Shown here: piece by piece, positions 22,869-30,684 of the stretch
Layout of the letters: every line of letters starts with the position of its first letter
How positions within the stretch are numbered: position 1 is the stretch's first letter
Assembly: GCA_018817085.1 (NCBI GenBank)
Contig: JAHIUT010000063.1
Location: forward strand, 1 to 32,662
Source of the DNA: Patescibacteria group bacterium
GTDB taxonomy: Bacteria; Patescibacteriota; WWE3; CG2-30-40-12
DNA length: 32,662 nt
Direction of reading: 5' to 3'
Position numbers and translations under genes: made by a program
The notes under the pieces: generated by a model
The model's input: the letters and a program-made list of their open reading frames with translations, nothing else
Database searches by the model: none
Told to the model about the DNA's origin: nothing

Positions 22869-23738
22869 TCATAAGGTCGGCTGTAAACTGGTTAGAAATT
22901 TCTTGTTATCCCGTTTTTCAAGAATACCCTTCAGACGAGGTAGGTAGTTCTTTTTAGAAACAACTGACCTTCCCAATTCTTTTTCAAGTTCTTTTCTGGC
23001 GTTTCCCGCAATCCCCCCACCTCTTCCTGCGTCCTTTTTTAATTTTGGCACACCCTTTGAATCTTCTGTGCGATGAATTTCAGTTGTAGACCGTTCCCCA
23101 AGCATGGTAAAAATAAGTTCAAAATCATCCATATGGTCTCTTAAATTCTCCCGTTTCAGTCCTTTTAGTTTTTTATATTCATTAGGTTTTAACCCAAAGG
23201 TAGCCTGCGAAATCTCCGCGGTTAAAATTTCATATTCTATTTGCTTTCTCGCTCCTCGCTTTTGCCACTCATCTGTTAATTCTTCGCGAATAGCAATTCC
23301 GCGCATTCTCTTTTCAATCCAATCTTCACTATAGCCTTTTAACTTGTAAAGCATTCTTGTTCGTTTGGTAGCAAGCTCCGGATTCTCTATCTCTCGCACC
23401 CTTTCATAGCCAACTTTAGCTAACCAACGTTTAAATGGTTCAGCTTTTGGAGAGGGGATGGATTGAATAATTCTAAAAATTCCTTCGGTAGTGGAGCAAT
23501 TCATCTTTTGTAAACCCCCTTCAGTTTGGATGGAAAGGGGGGTGGCAATTTGCCCCCACCCTTTAGAAAGTTCGGGATCTCTGCGACGCATATCTTTAAT
23601 ATACCCCTCTGGTTGAACCGAATCTGTTAGTACCGCTACTATATCCACAATTACAAACCACCACTCATTATTATGAATAGTTTTTCTAATCTTTTTCCCC
23701 TTAAATATCGCAATTTTAGTAGGTACTTTTTCAATCAT
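22869..23738 (-). CDS. Bro-N domain protein with DinD-like C-terminal region
   Basis: N-terminus IAIFKGKKIRKTIHNNEWWFVIVDIVAVLTDS matches the Bro-N pattern. The C-terminal half parallels the second half of the dinD product at 7609-8463. Confidence 0.7.
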   Translation of the reverse strand: MIEKVPTKIAIFKGKKIRKTIHNNEWWFVIVDIVAVLTDSVQPEGYIKDMRRRDPELSKGWGQIATPLSIQTEGGLQKMNCSTTEGIFRIIQSIPSPKAEPFKRWLAKVGYERVREIENPELATKRTRMLYKLKGYSEDWIEKRMRGIAIREELTDEWQKRGARKQIEYEILTAEISQATFGLKPNEYKKLKGLKRENLRDHMDDFELIFTMLGERSTTEIHRTEDSKGVPKLKKDAGRGGGIAGNARKELEKELGRSVVSKKNYLPRLKGILEKRDNKKFLTSLQPTL

Positions 23739-23805
23739 AAAATTTACGCTCTCTCATTTAGAGTATATGGAATTTCTAGAACAAGGTCAAACAGGAGGGT
23801 CAATT

Positions 23806-23834
23806 AGGGATAGACCCGAATCGGGTCTATCCCT
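23806..23834. repeat. Palindromic element copy 2 (agggatagacccg-aat-cgggtctatccct)
   Basis: Same as 6597-6625 except that the loop-closing A:T pair becomes G:C, a double compensatory change. A half-site gtctatccctattt lies at 24752-24765. Confidence 0.85.
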
Positions 23835-23863
23835 CGTTCGTCAAAAGAGACAATTACTTTTCC

Positions 23864-24724
23864 TCAAATTAAAAAATATACTCCCGCTATAGCTGTTACA
23901 CCAGCAATTATTTTTCTTAAAATGTGTTGCCTTTCCTTTAGAAAGAGTATCCCCATAAGAACGGTGAAAAGCGTGGATGTCTGGACAATAGGTATTACTC
24001 TTGTTGCTTCGGCAGTTTCCAGCGCTTTTAGTTGCAGTAGATAACCCACAACATTTAACCCCGCAAGCGCAAAAACTCTCCACGACGCAATTTTTAGTTC
24101 TGATTTAATCGCGCTGAATTTGACGCGAGGAAAATATATAAAAATAACTGGAACAGTCCAAATAAAAATGCTGTAGGTCTCCGCATTAAAAGATTGCGCG
24201 CCTAGTTTATCCAAAGCCCACCCCAACCCCAACATAATACTGATTAATACAGCTATAGCTACCCCTTTTGCCGAAGATTTTTTGGTTTTGGTTTTATTGT
24301 TATTAAGAGAAACTATAACCAACGCTGTAATAATTAATATCCCCCCCAACAATTTGTGGGACGTTAAAGGTTCGGAATATAGAAAGATAGCACTGATAAA
24401 CGCTACTAAAACACTTATATTCATCACTGTGGTTAGAACAGAAGCGTCTAAAAGTTTGGAAGCAACGAAACGTCCCCTCTCAAACATAGCGTAACAAAAA
24501 GAGGCTACTACTAGCGCTAACCAAGCTTTTGGAGAAGTAGATAAAGTAAAATCTCTGAAAGAACCCATTGTAAAGAAAATTAAAAGAGCAATTACTGCGG
24601 CGATAAAATTAAACACTACCGCCATTGCTCGGGGGTTTTTACTCTCAACAGCAACTATCCTCTGCAATAAATTAAGCGAGGTAAAGAAAAGTACGGAACC
24701 GCAAGCCAATAATATCCAAGTCAT
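23864..24724 (-). CDS. EamA/DMT-family transporter
   Basis: 286 aa with about 10 hydrophobic segments arranged as two EamA-like halves. Confidence 0.75.
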   Translation of the reverse strand: MTWILLACGSVLFFTSLNLLQRIVAVESKNPRAMAVVFNFIAAVIALLIFFTMGSFRDFTLSTSPKAWLALVVASFCYAMFERGRFVASKLLDASVLTTVMNISVLVAFISAIFLYSEPLTSHKLLGGILIITALVIVSLNNNKTKTKKSSAKGVAIAVLISIMLGLGWALDKLGAQSFNAETYSIFIWTVPVIFIYFPRVKFSAIKSELKIASWRVFALAGLNVVGYLLQLKALETAEATRVIPIVQTSTLFTVLMGILFLKERQHILRKIIAGVTAIAGVYFLI

Positions 24725-24772
24725 ATTCCCAATTATAATTGAAATTGAAAAGTCTATCCCTATTTAAAATAT

Positions 24773-25237
24773 TTATTGCTCCGTGGTATCGCTCGGAGTT
24801 TGAGAAGGCTGATCCCCCCTTGGCATTCCTTGAAACATTCCCCCGCCTATTGAAACACTTTGCGCAGTTATGCTCCCATCAGAATTTTGCTCCCCCAAAG
24901 CAGTTACTTGTATCCCGTTTACTAAATCGGACTTTGTTCCCTCAGACATTTTGTTTATCTTGGTAGAATCGGAAATTATAATAAGTTTACTGCTACCGTC
25001 TTGCATTTTTACAGTCACACTCTCATTATCCATACTAGTTATCTCCCCACTGACGGGACGAGACATTGCAGTGTTTCCTTGCCTAGCTGTTCCTCCTTGT
25101 TGAGGAGCAAATTCCCTGTTCATCCGCCCAGCTAAATTCCCCCGCTGGCTCTTCTGGTACTGTGAACCTGCATAAAAACCCAAACCCCCAACAAGTACGA
25201 TTGCCAAAATTGTAATTATCACATTGTTTTTTGCCAT
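24773..25237 (-). CDS. Membrane-anchored hypothetical protein (DUF5666-like beta domain)
   Basis: N-terminal TM anchor, Gly/Gln-rich linker, then GEITSMDNESVTVKMQDGSSKLIIISDSTKI...GIQVTALGEQNSDGSITAQSVSIG. GAGGGGGTGA Shine-Dalgarno sequence upstream. Confidence 0.5.
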   Translation of the reverse strand: MAKNNVIITILAIVLVGGLGFYAGSQYQKSQRGNLAGRMNREFAPQQGGTARQGNTAMSRPVSGEITSMDNESVTVKMQDGSSKLIIISDSTKINKMSEGTKSDLVNGIQVTALGEQNSDGSITAQSVSIGGGMFQGMPRGDQPSQTPSDTTEQ

Positions 25238-25262
25238 AAATCTATCACCCCCTCAAAAAATA

Positions 25263-26205
25263 TTACTCATAACGCAATGCCTCTATAGGCTGTAAGTTAG
25301 CGGCTTTACGAGCGGGGTACCAACCAAACAACACTCCAATCCCTGCCGATACGGCAAAGGCAAGCAAAACAGAGTTTGCCGAAACCGCAAAAATGGAACT
25401 GTTAATTTTGGAGTAAATATAAAACCCAACAACACCAATAATCACCCCAATTATCCCGCCACTAAAAGTTAAAATAATAGATTCGGTAAGAAATTGAAGT
25501 ATAATAACTTTTTTCTTTGCTCCCAACGCCTTTCTTAACCCTATTTCCCTTGTTCTTTCCGTAACGGACATAAGCATAATATTCATAATTCCAATCCCGC
25601 CCACCAGCAAAGAAATTGCCGCAATTCCAGAAAGCATACTGGTAAAAGTTCCAGTAACTGCCGATGCCGTTTCTAAAATATCCGCCTGCGACATAATTCT
25701 AAAATCGGCGTTTGCCACATCCTGATTTTGCATTCCCGACCCTCCTTTTGATTTAGTTATACCAATAACTTGAAATGTTTTTCCAGAAATCCTAATACTT
25801 TGTCCCACCGTGTCAACCCCCGCGCCAAACAAATCCTTCGCCACAGTTGGTCCTAAAACTGCCACTTTTGAAAGTACTAAAATATTTTGAGCGGTTATAA
25901 AACTTCCCGAGATAAGAGTTATTTTTCTAACTTCCGCGTAAATTGGTTCAACGCCAATAATTTGCGTATTAGTATTGTTTCGTCCCGCGGTTACTTGCGC
26001 GCGACCGGAATACTCAGGAGACACGCTTTTTATGGTAGTTACTTGCGACGAACTTTTTATAGCTTGCGCGTCTTCATTAGTTAAAGTTGTTGCCCCTCCC
26101 GCCGCTCCGCGAACAATTCCAGACGAGCGGGAACCGGGCGAAACCGTTAGCAAATTTGAGCCGATAGACTGAATTTGAGACTGAACCGCCCGCTTGCCCG
26201 CCTGA
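25263..26205 (-). pseudogene. MacB/FtsX-type ABC permease, 5'-truncated (lacks start and TM1)
   Basis: The native frame begins abruptly at ...QAGKRAVQSQIQSIGSNLLTVSPG, which is the start of the periplasmic domain. The C-terminal FtsX region SLLVGGIGIMNIMLMSVTERTREIGLRKALGA is intact. The apparent N-terminus MPIGWIIRQINF is ATPase sequence read out of frame. Confidence 0.7.
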
Positions 26206-26643
26206 AAGTTTATTTGGCGGATAATCCAACCGATCGGCAAGCCCCACCAATTCCAACAAACTCTTTGCTTTGCTCATTTGCGTCTCTTCAGAAACACCCG
26301 CGTATTCCATAGGAATCATTACATTATCCAAAGCGGAAGTTCTCGGAAGAAGGTTATAAGCCTGAAAAACAAACCCGATTTTGCGGTTTCTTATATCTGC
26401 CAATTCATCATCCGAAAGTTTTCCCACATCTTTGCCATCAAGAGTGTATGTTCCGCTTGTGGGCAAATCCAGCGCGCCTAAAATATGCATTAAAGTAGAT
26501 TTTCCAGAACCCGAAGGCCCCATAATCGCCACAAATTCGCCTTTGTAAATTGTTAAAGAGATATTGGACAAAACAACATTTTCCAAATCTCCCGTTTTGT
26601 ACACCTTTGTTAAATGAGAAATTTTAATAAGTGGGGTTTTCAT
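26194..26643 (-). pseudogene. ABC transporter ATP-binding protein (MacB/LolD-like), 3'-truncated after the LSGGQ signature
   Basis: Walker A GPSGSGKST, the Q-loop and LSGGQ are present. Walker B, D-loop and H-loop are absent. After LSGGQ the frame runs into permease DNA out of frame. Confidence 0.75.
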
Positions 26644-26647
26644 AGTA

Positions 26648-27964
26648 TTAAAAACCTCGCGGGGACCTGCCGCCAGTTCCTCCAAATCCGCTAAATGGAG
26701 AAGGAGTATTGTTCGTTTGATTATTATCCCCTGCTGTTATCACAGCTGTTACTACTTCATCTCCTTCGTTAATTCCAGATATTATTTCGGTTTGATAGTC
26801 GTTTGACTCCCCCACTTCAACTTGAACCGTGGTAAAAATATTATCCTTTTTAACTTGTATGGTGGATGCGCCTCCAACGGTTGTAATGGACACGGTGGGA
26901 ACCAAGATTACCTCGTTTTTAATACGGGTAATTATCTCCACATTAACTGACATATTAGGATATATATCCAGAGATGTTGGGTCAAGCAAAATCGTAACCG
27001 GGTAAGAGGTAACTCCCGAGCTTATACTCCCACTGGTGTTTACCGCCAGCACTTTTCCTGTAAAAGATTTATCGGGAAAAGCATCCAAAGTAAGAAGGGC
27101 TTTTTGATTAGCTTTTATATTAATGATATCCATTTCAGGCAAATTTACCGAGGCAATAAGCTGTCCATTAGGGTTACTTATTTTTCCAATTGTTTGGGCA
27201 GAAACAATTGTCGCCCCGCTGGTGTTGCTGGTGGTGGAATTGGCGGATATAACAGAGCCGGAAGAAAGCGTTACATCGCTTATTACTCCGGCAGAGGGCG
27301 CTAAAATAGTTGAGGAGTTTTCTTGATAATCTCGTAATTTGGATGTTGATTTGGCATAAGCCGCCCAAATCTCCGCGTCAGCGTTTTTATATTTTAATTC
27401 AGAAACTTCAACCGCTTTTTTAGCTTGTGTTAAAGTCTCGTCAAAAACCGCCTTTTCGTATTCCGAATAATCCAACTCCTCGTCATTTTTTTGGTGGGCA
27501 ACCGCGTCATCCGCGTCAAGAATTGCCTGTTGGTCAGTTAGCAATTGTATTTTAGCGTCAACTTTGCTTTTTTCGGCTGTTTTTACCGCTTCCAACGCGT
27601 CAAGATAGTTCACCCACGCGATAGTTTCTCGTTCCTTCGCGTAATCGTCAAGCTCCACATCGGCAATTTTTTGCCCTTTCTTTACAGTATCACCGTTAGT
27701 CACATAAACTTTTTTTACCACTCCCGATACTTTTGTGGTTACATTGGTACTGTTTCCCGCGGTTATGGAACCGGAAGCGGAAATTGCGGTAATTAAAGAA
27801 CCTTTCGTGGCAATTGCGGTCTCGTAAGTTGTCTCTTTGCTTTGAGAATTAACAATCGTATGCCTAATTAAAATAGCAAGGACTATAATAATAACCAAAA
27901 ATATAAACTTCTTTTTGATAGAAACTTTAAATAGATAGTTTTTTATAGCCCCCAATTTTTTCAT
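26648..27964 (-). CDS. Efflux periplasmic adaptor (HlyD/MacA-family membrane fusion protein)
   Basis: Start set at MKKLGAIKNY. N-terminal TM segment, lipoyl-like and coiled-coil hairpin regions, and a beta-barrel C-terminus. It sits upstream of the ABC genes. Confidence 0.8.
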   Translation of the reverse strand: MKKLGAIKNYLFKVSIKKKFIFLVIIIVLAILIRHTIVNSQSKETTYETAIATKGSLITAISASGSITAGNSTNVTTKVSGVVKKVYVTNGDTVKKGQKIADVELDDYAKERETIAWVNYLDALEAVKTAEKSKVDAKIQLLTDQQAILDADDAVAHQKNDEELDYSEYEKAVFDETLTQAKKAVEVSELKYKNADAEIWAAYAKSTSKLRDYQENSSTILAPSAGVISDVTLSSGSVISANSTTSNTSGATIVSAQTIGKISNPNGQLIASVNLPEMDIINIKANQKALLTLDAFPDKSFTGKVLAVNTSGSISSGVTSYPVTILLDPTSLDIYPNMSVNVEIITRIKNEVILVPTVSITTVGGASTIQVKKDNIFTTVQVEVGESNDYQTEIISGINEGDEVVTAVITAGDNNQTNNTPSPFSGFGGTGGRSPRGF

Positions 27965-27987
27965 ATTAATGAAGTTTAATAACAAAA

Positions 27988-28005
27988 TCTTAATTCTTGC
28001 TTAAG
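27988..28005 (-). promoter_or_regulatory. Direct-repeat box upstream of the adaptor gene (candidate response-regulator site)
   Basis: tCTTAAttcttgCTTAAg has two CTTAA half-sites 11 bp apart. It matches the box at 29710-29727 at 16/18 positions and lies 24-41 nt from the ATG. Confidence 0.45.
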
Positions 28006-28014
28006 GGCAGAATA

Positions 28015-29013
28015 TTACAAACGGGCAAGAGGAAGCGAAACCTCAAAAGTGGAACCTTTGCCGATTTCACTGGTAACATTAATGGAACCTTTATAATCCA
28101 AAACAATTTTTTTAGCAATAGAAAGACCTAAACCATACCCCTCAACAAGCGAACGGGATTTATCCGCTCTAAAGAATCTTTCAAATATATGAGGCAAATC
28201 TTCTTTTGATATTCCTGCTCCTTGGTCAGAAAGGGCGATTTTGACTTTGTGGTCAGAATTTTCGGAAACAATGGTTATTTTTGAATTCTCGTAACTATAT
28301 TTTATTGCGTTATCTAGCAAAATCACAAATACTTCCGTAAGTTCGTCCCTGCCCCCTTTAACAAAAGCTGACGACACTTTTGTAACAATCTCAATATTCT
28401 TTTTCTTTGCCAAGGGAGACATTTTATTACACACACTTTTAATAATCTCGCGCAAAGAAATGTTTTCTATGTTTTTGCCATTATTAATTGTGTGTACTCG
28501 AGCAATTTTTAGCAGACTGTTCGAGAGGTTTTGCAATGCCCCCAATTCTTCAAGATTGCTTGAAATAAGTTTTCTTGCTTGCTTTTCGGATATTCGTTTT
28601 TCCAAAAGTTTTCCTTCCATTTCCGCTCTAAGAGTGGCGATGGGCGTTCGGAGTTCGTGGGAGGCGTCGGAAATAAATTGATTCTGCTCGTCAATCATAA
28701 GTTTTATGGGGCGAAGAGTTCTGCCTGCCAAAAAATACCCCGCTCCGCCAGAAACGGTGAGAATACCCAAATTTATTAAAAGCAAAGTATTGGCAAGTTG
28801 CCGTCTTTGTTCTTGCAATTCCTCCACACCAAACCCAAAATTGCTCGGGGGACGAGGTAAACTTCTTATTCGGTTATTGTGCAGACGAATTAAATTTTCA
28901 ATTTGGCGGGAAACATTGCCGAAAATTGCCAAACTAAAAAACGCACTAACAAACATTATGATAATAAGATACCAAGCGGTTAATTTAAGACGAGTTGTCT
29001 GAAACATACTCAT
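28015..29013 (-). CDS. Sensor histidine kinase
   Basis: Two TM segments, HisKA H-box SDASHELRTPI, and HATPase_c N/G boxes (LLDNAIKYS, DQGAGI, GYGLGLSIA). The ATGA overlaps the response-regulator stop. Confidence 0.85.
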   Translation of the reverse strand: MSMFQTTRLKLTAWYLIIIMFVSAFFSLAIFGNVSRQIENLIRLHNNRIRSLPRPPSNFGFGVEELQEQRRQLANTLLLINLGILTVSGGAGYFLAGRTLRPIKLMIDEQNQFISDASHELRTPIATLRAEMEGKLLEKRISEKQARKLISSNLEELGALQNLSNSLLKIARVHTINNGKNIENISLREIIKSVCNKMSPLAKKKNIEIVTKVSSAFVKGGRDELTEVFVILLDNAIKYSYENSKITIVSENSDHKVKIALSDQGAGISKEDLPHIFERFFRADKSRSLVEGYGLGLSIAKKIVLDYKGSINVTSEIGKGSTFEVSLPLARL

Positions 29014-29687
29014 TTTTCTTCCTCCCTTATTTCATAACCAAATCCGCGAACAGTTCGGATTAATGACGAATTAAAAGGAACATCTATTTTATCCCGTAAA
29101 TGTTTTATATGAACTTCAACCGTGTTTGGCAAAACATCAGAATCATAATTCCATACTTGAGTTACTATCTGCTCTTTTGTAACAACTTTGTTTTTATGCT
29201 TTATAAGATATTCAAGGATAGAAAATTCTTTGGGGGATAGTGTGATTAATTTACCGCCTCTTTGTACCTTAAAGGTTGCGGGGTCCATTGTTAAATCTTT
29301 AACTTGCAGTATAGTCTCAACCACATTTGAGGACCGACGGACGAGAGCGCAGATGCGGGCAAATAATTCTTCAAATGAAAACGGCTTAACCATATAATCA
29401 TCGGAGCCAACATCAAGCCCCGAAACTTTATCGGAAATCTGACCCTTGGCGGTAAGAATTAAAATAGGAGTAGCTATTCCTTCTTTTCTAATTTTTTGAC
29501 AAATCTCAAGACCGTTTATTTTTGGAAGCATTAAATCAAGAATAATAAGGTCAAAACTTTCACCAATTGCCAAATCCAGCCCCGTTTCGCCGTCGTAAGC
29601 TAAATCCACAGCATATCTTTGAAGTTCCAAAGCTCGTTTGATGGCGTTTGCTAGTTTAACTTCATCTTCCACAACGAGTATTTTCAT
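29010..29687 (-). CDS. OmpR/PhoB-family response regulator
   Basis: Receiver domain (MKILVVEDE..., DLIILDLMLP, TAKG) plus a winged-helix Trans_reg_C domain (LSPKEFSILEYL..., RTVRGFGY). Confidence 0.9.
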   Translation of the reverse strand: MKILVVEDEVKLANAIKRALELQRYAVDLAYDGETGLDLAIGESFDLIILDLMLPKINGLEICQKIRKEGIATPILILTAKGQISDKVSGLDVGSDDYMVKPFSFEELFARICALVRRSSNVVETILQVKDLTMDPATFKVQRGGKLITLSPKEFSILEYLIKHKNKVVTKEQIVTQVWNYDSDVLPNTVEVHIKHLRDKIDVPFNSSLIRTVRGFGYEIREEEK

Positions 29688-29709
29688 AGCTTAATAGTAT
29701 ACCTCTATT

Positions 29710-29727
29710 TCTTAACTTTTGCTTAAG
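29710..29727 (-). promoter_or_regulatory. Direct-repeat box upstream of the response-regulator gene
   Basis: tCTTAActtttgCTTAAg lies 23-40 nt from the response-regulator ATG and overlaps the -35 position relative to TATACT (29696-29701). Confidence 0.45.
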
Positions 29728-30007
29728 ATTGCGCAAGTTGAAGACGGATTGCCTTGCCGAAAATTAAAGCGTTGGCAACCTTTTTACAGGCACTGTCCAA
29801 AATTCTGGCAAATGTGGGCTGGGAAATCTTCATTTTTTTGGCAGACTCTGTTTGGTCTAACCCATCAACCTCATACAGCTTTAACGCTTCAAGCTCATCG
29901 GGCAATAGCAAAACCTCATCAAGCAATCGCAGAGGTATGCCTTGAGGTTTAAAATAAAAAACATTCGGCTTAAACCGCACACAGCGGGGTATTTTATGTC
30001 TGGTCAT
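29723..30007 (-). CDS. DUF134 (UPF0251) family putative DNA-binding protein
   Basis: MTRHKIPRCVRFKPNVFYFKPQGIP...LLPDELEALKLYEVDGLDQTESAKKMKISQPTFARIL is the characteristic DUF134 pattern with a sigma70-region-4-like HTH. Confidence 0.7.
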   Translation of the reverse strand: MTRHKIPRCVRFKPNVFYFKPQGIPLRLLDEVLLLPDELEALKLYEVDGLDQTESAKKMKISQPTFARILDSACKKVANALIFGKAIRLQLAQS

Positions 30008-30025
30008 ATTTTTCACAATTGACGC

Positions 30026-30271
30026 TTACTCACTGGCGCTTAATTCCTTCTCCTCTTTTTTAACATCCTCAAGCTCTTCTTCCAAAGCTTTTTTATAGTC
30101 GGAAAAATCTTTTAGCTTTTCTTCTTTAGTTTGAGGCTTATCCCAACCAAAATACCTCCCCAAACCTCGCCCAGCTCCAAACCCTCTGCGCCAACCCAAA
30201 CCGCACATCCCAAAACCTTTTCCTGTTGTAGGTCCCATACCTTGCGGACCTGTTTTATCAAAATTGGACAT
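30026..30271 (-). CDS. DUF5320-like small protein
   Basis: 81 aa. Gly-rich N-terminus (FDKTGPQGMGPTTGKGFGMCGLGWRRGFGAGRGLG) followed by a charged coiled-coil tail. It is adjacent to DUF134, as is typical for this pair. Confidence 0.6.
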   Translation of the reverse strand: MSNFDKTGPQGMGPTTGKGFGMCGLGWRRGFGAGRGLGRYFGWDKPQTKEEKLKDFSDYKKALEEELEDVKKEEKELSASE

Positions 30272-30327
30272 TGTTTTTCACCGCCTTTCTTTAGCGTATA
30301 AACTAAATAATACTTGAATACCTATTC

Positions 30328-30356
30328 ATTATATTCCACCGCTTTTTATTTGTCAA
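30328..30356 (-). promoter_or_regulatory. Consensus promoter of the DUF5320-DUF134 operon
   Basis: The reverse complement reads TTGACA (30351-30356), a 17-nt spacer, then TATAAT (30328-30333). The leader is about 50 nt and carries AAGGCGGTGA. Confidence 0.55.
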
Positions 30357-30391
30357 TAAAAAAAGACTAGAATTTGTAGTATTATTAAAAA

Positions 30392-30601
30392 ATGGAACCT
30401 AATAAAAATGTTATTATGTGGCTTGTTCTTTTTCCTCCCCTTGGCGTGGCTAGGGTATGGACAGTTTCCACTTGGAGTAAAAAAAGAAAGATTTTAATAA
30501 CTGTTCTTGTTGGACTTTACTTTATAGCAACAATACTCGCAACCATAGCTCCCCTTTGGTATGTAAAAAACCTATTAAACAACTACTCTTTGGGGATATA
30601 A
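30392..30601 (+). CDS. Small hypothetical membrane protein (two TM segments)
   Basis: 69 aa with two hydrophobic helices. TATTAT lies 6 nt upstream of the ATG. Confidence 0.4.
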   Translation: MEPNKNVIMWLVLFPPLGVARVWTVSTWSKKRKILITVLVGLYFIATILATIAPLWYVKNLLNNYSLGI

Positions 30602-30625
30602 CTAAAAGTCTCTAAAAACAAAAAC

Positions 30626-30673
30626 GCCCCCGTATTGGCTCAAGTAAAATACCTTGATTCCTTTACGGGGGGG
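30626..30673 (-). terminator. Long hairpin between convergent genes; terminator of the GC-rich fusion gene
   Basis: gcccccgta (30626-30634) pairs with tacggggg (30664-30671), with an inner stem tcaag/cttga. On the minus strand the T-rich tract cgtttttgttttt follows. Confidence 0.5.
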
Positions 30674-30684
30674 TCTAACACAAA

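Noticed and set aside
22869-23738. Prophage remnant inferred from the Bro-N protein and the recombinase
   Set aside because: The two genes are 19 kb apart. No capsid, terminase, tail or lysis genes are present, and the Bro-N gene stands alone between housekeeping and transport genes.
26077-26193. C-terminal about 40 residues of the 202-aa ATPase ORF (AGGSVSNSVYRLKFANGFARF...)
   Set aside because: This is not a real domain. It is permease DNA read out of frame after the deletion junction.
2732-30620. Idea that the AT-rich 28-kb core is an integrated element bounded by the recombinase and inserted in a GC-rich host
   Set aside because: The core is full of essential single-copy functions (trpS, ftsH, nrdJ, recF, mutM, ligase, tRNAs). 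AT-rich DNA with the same promoter style also occurs left of the islands (1-227 and 607-1290). The GC-rich blocks are therefore the more likely insertions.
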